This document shows positions 36,621 through 45,138 of a DNA stretch of 64,000 nucleotides, one piece after another. The stretch's first letter is position 1. Each line of letters begins with the position of its first letter. Origin of the DNA: an uncultured Aminicenantes bacterium (GTDB lineage: Bacteria; Acidobacteriota; Aminicenantia; UBA2199); the NCBI GenBank assembly GCA_965195285.1, contig CBDAFS010000062.1, forward strand, positions 139,165 through 203,164. Direction: 5' to 3'. The position numbers were made by a program, and so were the translations under genes. The notes below the pieces were generated by a model. The model made no database searches and was not told where the DNA came from. It saw nothing but the letters and a program-made list of their open reading frames with translations.

Positions 36621-37775
36621 TTACCGGCCGGGCCAGAAGGGAGAGATTTTTCTCAACTTCTCCGCCACACGGGGTAAAATATCGATCAGCACATCAATAT
36701 CATCATCGGTGTTGAATTTACCCAGGCTGATTCTTAAACTGCTGTGGGCATCCTCATGAGACATTCCAATAGCCAGCAAAACATGAGAGGGATCCGGGGA
36801 TTTTGATGAACAGGCCGAGCCTGAGGACAGGGCAATTTCATCCTGATCCAGCAAGGCCAGTATGGATTCGCCTTCGATAAACCTGATGGAAATATTCAGG
36901 GTATTGTAGAGCCTGGGTTCCTGGCCACCATTTATCAGAATTTCCGGAATTCTTTCCATCAATTCCCTTTGAAGCCTATCCCGCATCGGCCGGAGTCTTT
37001 TTTCCTCAATTTCTCTCTCAGCCAAGACCAGTTCAGCTGCCTTTCCAAGTCCCACAATACCGGGAACATTCTCGGTTCCTGCCCGTAATCCCTTTTCATG
37101 GTCACCTCCGAAAATGAGAGGCTCGATATCAACCGATCCCTTTTTAAATAAAACCCCGACTCCCTTGGGACCATAAATCTTGTGTGAAGATAAACTTAAC
37201 AGGTCAATGTCGAGATCCCTGACATCCAGAAGTATTTTGCCTGCCGCTTGAACCGCATCGGTATGAAATAAAACACCGTTCTGATGAGCGATCTCTACCA
37301 ACTCCTTTATGGGTTGGATGGTACCGATTTCATTATTGGCATGCATGATCGAGACCAGTATTGTTTCAGAGGTGATATTCTTTTTAAGTTCATCCGGATC
37401 CACCAGGCCATTGTGATCAACCGGCAGATAAGAAATGCGGTAGCCTTTCTTTTCCAGGTATTTACAGGTGTGTAATACTGCCGGATGTTCAATGGATGAG
37501 GTAATGATATGATTTCCTTTATTGGCAACTCCCATAATGGCCATGGTGTCGGATTCGGTTCCGCCTGAAGTGAAATAAATTTCATCTGGCCGGCCATTTA
37601 TCAGCTCCGCAACCTTCACCCGGCATTTCTCGATTCTGTATCTTGCCTCACCGGCAAGACGGTAAAAAGAAGAGGGATTATGGAAGATTTCGGAAAAAAA
37701 AGGAGTCATCACTTTAACCACCCGGGGATCAACCGGGGTTGTGGCATTATAATCAAAATAGTATTTCATTTTCAT
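36621..37775 (-). CDS. nifS: Cysteine desulfurase (NifS/IscS)
   Basis: DYNATT, FTSGGTE, SSHKIYGPKG, SSGSACS. Confidence 0.93.
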   Translation of the reverse strand: MKMKYYFDYNATTPVDPRVVKVMTPFFSEIFHNPSSFYRLAGEARYRIEKCRVKVAELINGRPDEIYFTSGGTESDTMAIMGVANKGNHIITSSIEHPAVLHTCKYLEKKGYRISYLPVDHNGLVDPDELKKNITSETILVSIMHANNEIGTIQPIKELVEIAHQNGVLFHTDAVQAAGKILLDVRDLDIDLLSLSSHKIYGPKGVGVLFKKGSVDIEPLIFGGDHEKGLRAGTENVPGIVGLGKAAELVLAEREIEEKRLRPMRDRLQRELMERIPEILINGGQEPRLYNTLNISIRFIEGESILALLDQDEIALSSGSACSSKSPDPSHVLLAIGMSHEDAHSSLRISLGKFNTDDDIDVLIDILPRVAEKLRKISPFWPGR

Positions 37776-37864
37776 GTTAATATTCTGATTTAAAGATAAC
37801 TCAAGCAGTCATATTAGTCAAGGACAGAATCTACACGTATTGAAGAAACCAGTGGTATTTAAAA

Positions 37865-37893
37865 TGGACTTTTTTTCTCCAAGTTGGTAAAAT
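37865..37893 (+). promoter_or_regulatory. Putative extended -10 promoter, near-leaderless
   Basis: TGGACT-N17-TAAAAT with TG extension; ATG 7 nt downstream. Confidence 0.5.
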
Positions 37894-37900
37894 AAGAAGG

Positions 37901-38422
37901 ATGGTAAAAAGACCCAACAAAGATGAATATTATCTGAACATTGCCCGGGTGGTTTCCACCCGCTCCACCTGCCTGAAAGTCCTGATCGGGGCCATAATAG
38001 TGAAAGAAGACCAGATTATTGCCGCGGGTTATGTGGGCGCTCCCCGCCAGACCACCAGTTCTCTGGAGCACGGCTTTTGTTTAAGAAAAAAACTGGATAT
38101 TCCTTCCGGGACCCAGTATGAATTGTGCCGGTCGATACATGCCGAACAAAACGCCATTATTAACGCTGCTCGAGCCGGAGTCAGTGTGCTGGGAGGGGAC
38201 ATGTATATTTTCGGTGAAAATCGGGAAACCGGAGACACATTAAACGCTTATCCCTGTTTCATATGTAAAAAGATGCTCATCAATGCCGGCCTGAACCGGG
38301 TGATCACCTCGGTCCAGGGCAAGACATATTTAAAAACTTTCAAAGTTGAAACCTGGGTCAATGAATGGCAAAAGCATGATATAATCGAAGACAAATATCA
38401 GTATGGAAAGAAAAATTCTTAG
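37901..38422 (+). CDS. dCMP deaminase (ComEB family)
   Basis: RSTC, HAEQNA, PCFIC Zn motifs. Confidence 0.9.
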   Translation: MVKRPNKDEYYLNIARVVSTRSTCLKVLIGAIIVKEDQIIAAGYVGAPRQTTSSLEHGFCLRKKLDIPSGTQYELCRSIHAEQNAIINAARAGVSVLGGDMYIFGENRETGDTLNAYPCFICKKMLINAGLNRVITSVQGKTYLKTFKVETWVNEWQKHDIIEDKYQYGKKNS

Positions 38423-39029
38423 GACTGCCAGATCCAGGCAAAAGGAATTCCGACATCTTCATATCGGACTGACCGGAAGCATGGCATCCGGAAAAGGTGA
38501 ACTGGCCCGATTTTTAAAAGGACTGAATTTTTCCTATATATCACTCTCAGACATGGTCAGGGAAGCAGCCAGTCAAAAAGGTCAAAAAAATATCAGCCGT
38601 CAGGACATGCAAAATATCGGCAATCAACTTCGCCAGCAAGGCGGCCCAGGAATTCTTGCCAAACGGGTTCGTGAGAAAATCAATTCAACCAAGAAAAAAA
38701 CCTGGATAATCGACGGAATCAGAAACCCGGAAGAAGTTGTTGAACTGAAAAAATTGCCCCATTTTTACCTGATCGGGGTTAAATCGGATTTGGAAGTGCT
38801 GCTTAAAAGATTGAACTCCAGGAACCGGGAAACAGACCAGGCTCAACCCTCGGAATTGAAACAGGTGCTCCGTCGGGAATGGGGAAATGGCGAACCCGCG
38901 GGAGGTCAGCAGGTGGGCCAATGTATGGAAATGGCTGATTTTACTATTGAAAACAATGGGTCTCTCATAGAACTAAAAAAAAAATGCCAAAAAATTCTAC
39001 GTTTGATCGAGGATAAATATGTCCGATAA
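38403..39029 (+). CDS. P-loop nucleotide kinase (archaeal-type dephospho-CoA kinase-like / dNMP kinase)
   Basis: IGLTGSMASGKG, SLSD, IDGIR..EE, ADFTIENNG. Confidence 0.75.
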   Translation: MERKILRTARSRQKEFRHLHIGLTGSMASGKGELARFLKGLNFSYISLSDMVREAASQKGQKNISRQDMQNIGNQLRQQGGPGILAKRVREKINSTKKKTWIIDGIRNPEEVVELKKLPHFYLIGVKSDLEVLLKRLNSRNRETDQAQPSELKQVLRREWGNGEPAGGQQVGQCMEMADFTIENNGSLIELKKKCQKILRLIEDKYVR

Positions 39030-39528
39030 AATTGCTGTCTACCCGGGATCCTATGATCCCCTGACCAACGGTCACATCGATATCATCGAGCGGGGTCTTA
39101 AAATATTTGACAGAATTACAGTTGCTGCATTGAAAAACCCCTCAAAAACCTACCTGTTGTCTCTGGATGAACGTCTGGAAATCATCAGAGAAACCTTTGC
39201 CCAAAACAACCGGATCAATGTGGATTATTTTGAAGGTTTGCTTGTGGATTATCTGAAAAAACAAAAGCTCACCACTGTGGTCAGGGGGCTGAGGGCCATA
39301 TCCGATTTTGACATCGAGTTTCAGATGGCCCTAATCAACCGCAGTATTGCTCCTCAAATCGAAACCATTTTTTTCGTCCCCTCAGTAGCTTACTCTTTTT
39401 TGAGCTCAAAATTGGTAAAAGAAATCTATCTGCTGGGAGGGGAAATAAAGCAAATGGTACCGGCCATTGTTGATAAAAAGCTGAAACAAAAATTCAAACA
39501 AAAACCCTTATCAATATCTCAAATATGA
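39019..39528 (+). CDS. coaD: Pantetheine-phosphate adenylyltransferase
   Basis: YPGSYDPLTNGH, VRGLR, LSS. Confidence 0.95.
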   Translation: MSDKIAVYPGSYDPLTNGHIDIIERGLKIFDRITVAALKNPSKTYLLSLDERLEIIRETFAQNNRINVDYFEGLLVDYLKKQKLTTVVRGLRAISDFDIEFQMALINRSIAPQIETIFFVPSVAYSFLSSKLVKEIYLLGGEIKQMVPAIVDKKLKQKFKQKPLSISQI

Positions 39529-39579
39529 TGAAAAAGAAGCAAATTTATTCTACTATAAATATATTGGAAGTGAGTGAGA

Positions 39580-41544
39580 ATGAATTGTACTAAATGTGGC
39601 CAAGATATATCAGAGGGAATGAAGGTCTGCCCGGCCTGCGGAACTGAAGTAAACGATCAGACCAAGCAAAAATTTGCCCTTGAGCTGAAAGAAAAAATAA
39701 AAAAAATGATCCGGGAAGAAAACAATTTTAATGAGGCCAATAATTATATTGATTTATATTTTTCCATGATCGGTATGGATGCTGAAATAATCGAATTCCA
39801 GGAAGAAATTATGAAAATGACCCGTCTGGAAAAAGAACAGACCGAAATACCCTCAGCAACCAGTTCTGATACCCAGCTCCAAGCTGACACATCCGAACCA
39901 AAGGCAGAGAAGGGTGGTTTCCCCGAACTGGAAATCGAAATCAATAAGGTTCCCGAACAATCTTCGGAACCACCAGCCGATCAGCAGCCGCCCGGTGATG
40001 ATGAAATTTTATTTCCTGAAAGCAAGGGAGATTTGCTGAACCTTGAAGATGAAATATCTTTCGAAGATATATCCGATTTAAAAATAGAGGAAACCCAGCC
40101 TGACCGGCAAGGAGAACCTCAGGCTGAGGAAGATTTGGAGCTTTCCGATGAATCCGATGATGAACTGCTGGTACTGGAAGCCGATGATGAAATACTGGAA
40201 CTGGAAGAGGACATGAGAGAACCCCAGACGGAAAAAAAGGATGCACCTGAAAATAAAGATATTATGTCCCAAATCGAAAATGAGATCGATCGGGAAAGCA
40301 AAGAGCAGGAAAAGGCTCTGGCCACTCCCGACACAAGACTGTCCGGATTTGACCAGGATATTCTGGCTATACCGGATGATTCCCTGAGCCCGGGGGTGGG
40401 AAAAAGCCCGGATGCTCCGATTGCCATCACCGTCAATGGGTTGAATACCTCGGAACCGGTTGAATCCATACTGAATGATTTGAAGGAAAGGAAAAAGAAA
40501 TTTAAACGCTGGCTGTTCATTTTTCTGGCCATAATCGCCTTTATCGCCTTAATCATCACCCTCTATTATTTAAGCACTCGAAAAGGTGACAACCATCAAA
40601 TCACCGATACTCCGTTAACCACCCGTCAAGCCTTCCGAAAATCACCGGCTACCCAAGAAATCAAAACAGACCAAAACCAGTCGATGCAGGAAAAAAGTTA
40701 TCTTGATATCCTGGCCAGGGCCAAAGGTTACCTGGAAAAAGGTGATATTCAAAATACTGAAAAAATGATTGCTCGGGCAAAAAAAATAAAGACCTCAGAC
40801 ACGTTGACCGGTCTTGAACTGGAAGTGAAGAAAAAAAAGGCAGAGCAAGATGTTTTCAAAAATATTGAAGTCCGGAAAAATCCCGAGCAAACCTCTGATT
40901 CAGAAGAAAGAGCCTACAATAGGGCATTGTCATCTTCCAGCCCCATTCTCTACCAAGAATACTTAAAAAACTATCCTTACGGAAAATATGCCATTGAAAT
41001 CCGAAAAAAAATAAAAGAACTGGAAAAGAAAAACCGGGAAAATTTTGATCAGCAATTCTTCCAGAAAGTTAAACTCCACCAGAAAATTCAATGCCGGGAT
41101 TATTTTCAAAATTTATCCGATAAAGAAATCGAAATCCTGAAATCGAAAAAGAACCAAATTTCCCAAAAGGTTGAAATTCAGACCATTGATGGCAATAAGG
41201 TCATCATCAGCTTTTCCACCGGATTGATGTGGCATCAGTGGAAAGAAACCATGGATTTTAAAAAAGCCAAGTGGTGGGCCAGGCGGGGACATGCCGGTTA
41301 CTTTGACTGGAGATTGCCCACTGCCGAAGAAGCAGCCACATTATCCATAAAGGACATTCAAAATTTGTTACCAGGCAATATTTCCAATTATGAAATCTGG
41401 ACCGGTGATACCGATATCAAGGATTCGCTGAAAGCCTGGGTTTATTCGCTCTCTCGGAGTACATTCAAATCAGTTCTTGGGCATCAACACAAAAATATCT
41501 GGTCAGTACGGATGATAAAAGGAACCAAGAAAAAAAGGTTTTAA
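39580..41544 (+). CDS. Zinc-ribbon / acidic linker / TM / periplasmic protein with C-terminal DUF1566-like domain
   Basis: CTKC..CPAC; D/E-rich linker; TM after KKKFKR; TGLMW, DWRLPT..E. Confidence 0.7.
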   Translation: MNCTKCGQDISEGMKVCPACGTEVNDQTKQKFALELKEKIKKMIREENNFNEANNYIDLYFSMIGMDAEIIEFQEEIMKMTRLEKEQTEIPSATSSDTQLQADTSEPKAEKGGFPELEIEINKVPEQSSEPPADQQPPGDDEILFPESKGDLLNLEDEISFEDISDLKIEETQPDRQGEPQAEEDLELSDESDDELLVLEADDEILELEEDMREPQTEKKDAPENKDIMSQIENEIDRESKEQEKALATPDTRLSGFDQDILAIPDDSLSPGVGKSPDAPIAITVNGLNTSEPVESILNDLKERKKKFKRWLFIFLAIIAFIALIITLYYLSTRKGDNHQITDTPLTTRQAFRKSPATQEIKTDQNQSMQEKSYLDILARAKGYLEKGDIQNTEKMIARAKKIKTSDTLTGLELEVKKKKAEQDVFKNIEVRKNPEQTSDSEERAYNRALSSSSPILYQEYLKNYPYGKYAIEIRKKIKELEKKNRENFDQQFFQKVKLHQKIQCRDYFQNLSDKEIEILKSKKNQISQKVEIQTIDGNKVIISFSTGLMWHQWKETMDFKKAKWWARRGHAGYFDWRLPTAEEAATLSIKDIQNLLPGNISNYEIWTGDTDIKDSLKAWVYSLSRSTFKSVLGHQHKNIWSVRMIKGTKKKRF

Positions 41545-42044
41545 TATCCGGTATTTTTTTGGGGGATCAGTTTTTCTCTGATAAAGATCTGAGTGATATA
41601 ATAATCACCGTTATTATTGCGGATCACGCCCACACCGGCTAGATTGAAATCACTTTCTAAATTGACCCGGTGCTCCTCGGAATTCAACCATTCATTGAAA
41701 GCCAATACCGCAGGGTTTGAATAACCGGAAACAAAGGCAACATTTTCCCCGGCAATGGAAAAAGAAATAAATCCCAGGAGTTTTTTGATTCGCTCATCAA
41801 ACCCGGAATGCCCGACCTGTACAATTCCGGTTGACATATTTTTGCTATGTTCCCGACACTGTTCAGCAATGTTTTCATTCCAGCCCAATTCATCAAACCC
41901 GATACTCGCGCGATGTTCATTGACCAGCTGAAAAACCTTCTGTTCGACTTCACTGGCAGGAATATCAGGCTTGTTCATACAATGGTGCAGAAGAATAGCA
42001 AAAACAATAATTAAGGCTATTATTTGCAGTTTTTTAGGCTTCAT
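41541..42044 (-). CDS. CAP/SCP-domain lipoprotein
   Basis: NEHR, HS..M, GENVA, WLNSEEHR, TQIF; TTGACA-N17-TAGAAT upstream. Confidence 0.85.
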   Translation of the reverse strand: MKPKKLQIIALIIVFAILLHHCMNKPDIPASEVEQKVFQLVNEHRASIGFDELGWNENIAEQCREHSKNMSTGIVQVGHSGFDERIKKLLGFISFSIAGENVAFVSGYSNPAVLAFNEWLNSEEHRVNLESDFNLAGVGVIRNNNGDYYITQIFIREKLIPQKNTGY

Positions 42045-42087
42045 ATTTCCCAGTTCTGCTTTATTCTATAGTCAATCTTCAGGTTTG

Positions 42088-42870
42088 TCAAGTCTGCCGG
42101 CTGCGGGAGATCTTCTGATTGATCAAGGTGGCCTGGTAGGCCGCTCCGAAGCCATTGTCAATATTCACCACACTCACTCCACCCGGACAGGAATTTAACA
42201 TCGAGAGCAAAGCGGCCAATCCATGAAAACTGGCACCGTAGCCAATGGAAGTGGGCACCGCGATTAGTGGAGTAGCGGTTAGTCCGGCCACCACCGATGG
42301 AAGTGCTCCCTCCATTCCGGCTATAACAATAATCACCGCATAATCGTTGAGTTTCTCTCTCAGATCCAAAACCCTGGATATGCAGGCAACCCCCACATCA
42401 TATTCCCTTTCAACTGGGTTACCCAGGTATCGGGCAGTAACATAAGCTTCCTCGGCTACCTCCTCATCAGAGGAACCTGCCGAAAGCACCAGTACCGACT
42501 GGTCATATTTAATTTCGGTCTTCCGGTCAAAAGTTACAATCCTGGCTTTTTGGTAATATTTCAAGTTTGAAAAAGATTTTTTCAAGTGGTCATATTTATC
42601 AGAAGAAACCCGGGTAATCAGAATATTCTCTCCGAGTCTGGTTATTTCTTCAATAATTTTTCCCAGCTGTGAAATGTCCTTATCCTTTCCGTATATCATT
42701 TCCGGCAGCCCCCGCCGCTGCTGGCGGTGCAAATCCAGCTTGATATTGCCCATGTTCATATAGGGATAGTTTTCAAGAAAGTTTAAAAATCCTGTTTCTG
42801 ACAATTTCCCGGACTTCAACTGGCGAATTCGCTGTTCAAGCAATGATTTCCCGCTTTTGCTTCGGATCAT
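42088..42870 (-). CDS. larB: Nickel pincer cofactor biosynthesis protein LarB
   Basis: DVGVA, AGMEGALPSV, PTSIGYG, NSC, NIDNGFGAA. Confidence 0.9.
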   Translation of the reverse strand: MIRSKSGKSLLEQRIRQLKSGKLSETGFLNFLENYPYMNMGNIKLDLHRQQRRGLPEMIYGKDKDISQLGKIIEEITRLGENILITRVSSDKYDHLKKSFSNLKYYQKARIVTFDRKTEIKYDQSVLVLSAGSSDEEVAEEAYVTARYLGNPVEREYDVGVACISRVLDLREKLNDYAVIIVIAGMEGALPSVVAGLTATPLIAVPTSIGYGASFHGLAALLSMLNSCPGGVSVVNIDNGFGAAYQATLINQKISRSRQT

Positions 42871-43841
42871 CTTTCCGGTTTCCTGGTATGATTCTGGTGT
42901 TTTTTAGGTCCCTCTCTCCAGTGTTTCTGTCGGGGATAAAGCGAATGCGGGCGATAGGGAAATTTTACCTGGATAGGATCAACCCCAATAACATTGTTCC
43001 AGCGATTATTGCCCAGCCCCTCTTTATAGGCAAAATCAATATAGGAAACTTCATTAACATCAAACCCCATGACATAGGTGGCCAGGGAATCGGCCAGAAC
43101 CACATCCTCGGAGGCAATGGCAAAACCGTGAAATACAGGACTTCCCTTTATCGGACCCTTCCCCTCCATACCGTATAATCCATCAATAATGACCAGGGAA
43201 GGGTGAACTTTTTTTAATAAACGGACAAAGTTTTTACCTCCGTATTCAATTAATTTAAAAAAATTGTCATTATTGGAGAAATTGATTTTTTTCATCTCTG
43301 AACTTGAGGCACCAAATAAAAACACCCGCTGCGCCGGTTTTACAAAACCGATTGTATTGGGAATGGATAGAAAAACCGGAAAAATATTGTGGGTTTTGGG
43401 CGGAACCACGGTGATCATGTAGTCACAATCAAACTGGGTATATTTAATCTCCCTCTTTCCCGAAATGGTATCCACATCCATGATCTGGTTGTGGGGCAAA
43501 TCATCCAGATTGACCAGCTTGGCCCCTTTCAGTTCGACCTCTTTGTATCTGAATTTATAAAAGATATCCCAGGTGGATTTTCCAGAAAAATAAGCACCAT
43601 CCGATCCCTCTATAACGGAAATATCAGAAACCGCAAAATGATCCTTCAAATAGAGTATCAATGATTCAACGGTTTCATAGTGGGTATTGGCATAAATTTC
43701 CCGGGAGCCTGACAGATTTATTTTTATCGCCACTTTGTCAGAAGGCTTCAAATCCAGATGGGGTGCAATGGTATCCATGATACGGATAACAAAATCTTTT
43801 TGCCTGGTTTCCTTTACCAAGGCTATTTCTTTACGTTTCAT
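42867..43841 (-). CDS. DUF362 domain protein
   Basis: IKIN, EGS, PKTH, IIDG..GMEG.GP..G, D...D motifs. Confidence 0.75.
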   Translation of the reverse strand: MKRKEIALVKETRQKDFVIRIMDTIAPHLDLKPSDKVAIKINLSGSREIYANTHYETVESLILYLKDHFAVSDISVIEGSDGAYFSGKSTWDIFYKFRYKEVELKGAKLVNLDDLPHNQIMDVDTISGKREIKYTQFDCDYMITVVPPKTHNIFPVFLSIPNTIGFVKPAQRVFLFGASSSEMKKINFSNNDNFFKLIEYGGKNFVRLLKKVHPSLVIIDGLYGMEGKGPIKGSPVFHGFAIASEDVVLADSLATYVMGFDVNEVSYIDFAYKEGLGNNRWNNVIGVDPIQVKFPYRPHSLYPRQKHWREGPKKHQNHTRKPER

Positions 43842-43935
43842 TTGTTCAAGAACAGGTTAACCGGGCCAGGGAACCCCCGGAGCCCGTAGAGCAACTCTTT
43901 CCTATTCAATTTTTAGCAAACAAACAGATGACTAT

Positions 43936-45072
43936 CTAACCGCTTATTTTAAAAGGAACTTCAATTTTTCCTTTCTTTCCTTTGTGATTGTTGTCGTTCA
44001 GTTCAACATGCAGGGTATAGTCGCCGGCAGGCAGCAACTTATCTCCTCTCTTGAATTCCAGCTTCTGGAAAAAGTACGGAGCTTTCAACAGGTCTGTTTT
44101 AAAGATAACGATTTTCTTTTTTCCCTGCTTGATTTCAATCCGGGGGGTAATATTCCACTGGGGCTGATTGTTCTGCATTTTAGCGGCTCCGGTCACAAAA
44201 AAAGTGAGAATCGGTGTGTCAGTTGCTTTGAAAACAATCTCCTTTCCCACAACCGGCTCAAAAATCTGTTGTCCCACCTGGTACTGGTTTTTCAGCACGG
44301 TAAAACGCTTTTCAACTGAAGTGGCGGTTTTCATTGTTTTATAAAAAATGGGTGCTGAGTTTTCGATATTTTTGAGGGGTTTGACCAAATCCATTAAAGT
44401 CAACTGCGGGACATTCAATTCGATGAGCAAGGTCCCGTCCTGACTATTATCAAAACGGTTTATATTGATCAGAATATCATACTTACCGGGTTCCAGAATG
44501 AGTCCGAAAGAAAAATATTCACTCTTTTTCTTATCATAGGGAACCGGGGATTTGAATTTGTGAATGGTATTTCCATCTTTAACCACCCTCAGGTAAAGAT
44601 TGTGAAAGTGAGAGTATTCTTTCTTTTCAGGTGCGGGAGGTTGCTCCCAGGTTTTCAAGGGACTTTTTTTGCTTTTTTGTTTTGCCTCGTTGGCAATTTC
44701 AATTTTTTTATTTTCCTCTTCTATTTCTTTCTTTTTCTGTTCAACAAACTTATGGTATTTTTCCAAAGCCTGCTTATACTTCTCATCGGTCATTTTTTTT
44801 AATTCCAGTGCATCATCATCCAGTGAAGTAGAAAATAAAACGCTGGCATATACCTTCTGGGAAGCACTCTGAAGAGCAAAATAAAAATCATTGAGAAATT
44901 CCATATTGAAAACCTGATTTGAAGTTCTGGTTTTCAGCAGGGCATCCAGGCTGATTTCAACATTATCCGGAACATCGGAATCCTGCTGCTGGGAATCTGA
45001 GACTTCCTGGGCAACAGCAACGGACAAAACAAAAATGAACATCAACACCAATAAAAAAATCTTTTTCATCAT
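43936..45072 (-). CDS. Secreted hypothetical protein (Ig-like domains with coiled-coil insert)
   Basis: Signal peptide, GGAGG SD, PGKY/AGDY Ig-like motifs. Confidence 0.7.
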   Translation of the reverse strand: MMKKIFLLVLMFIFVLSVAVAQEVSDSQQQDSDVPDNVEISLDALLKTRTSNQVFNMEFLNDFYFALQSASQKVYASVLFSTSLDDDALELKKMTDEKYKQALEKYHKFVEQKKKEIEEENKKIEIANEAKQKSKKSPLKTWEQPPAPEKKEYSHFHNLYLRVVKDGNTIHKFKSPVPYDKKKSEYFSFGLILEPGKYDILININRFDNSQDGTLLIELNVPQLTLMDLVKPLKNIENSAPIFYKTMKTATSVEKRFTVLKNQYQVGQQIFEPVVGKEIVFKATDTPILTFFVTGAAKMQNNQPQWNITPRIEIKQGKKKIVIFKTDLLKAPYFFQKLEFKRGDKLLPAGDYTLHVELNDNNHKGKKGKIEVPFKISG

Positions 45073-45138
45073 ACTACCTCCTGATAAGAACCATAATTAT
45101 ATATGAATCTTGTTTATTTATCCAGTTTTTTTTCCTAT

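Noticed and set aside
37776-37900. AvcI-like antitoxin sRNA upstream of the deaminase
   Set aside because: The short gap is accounted for by two divergent promoters; no structured RNA evident
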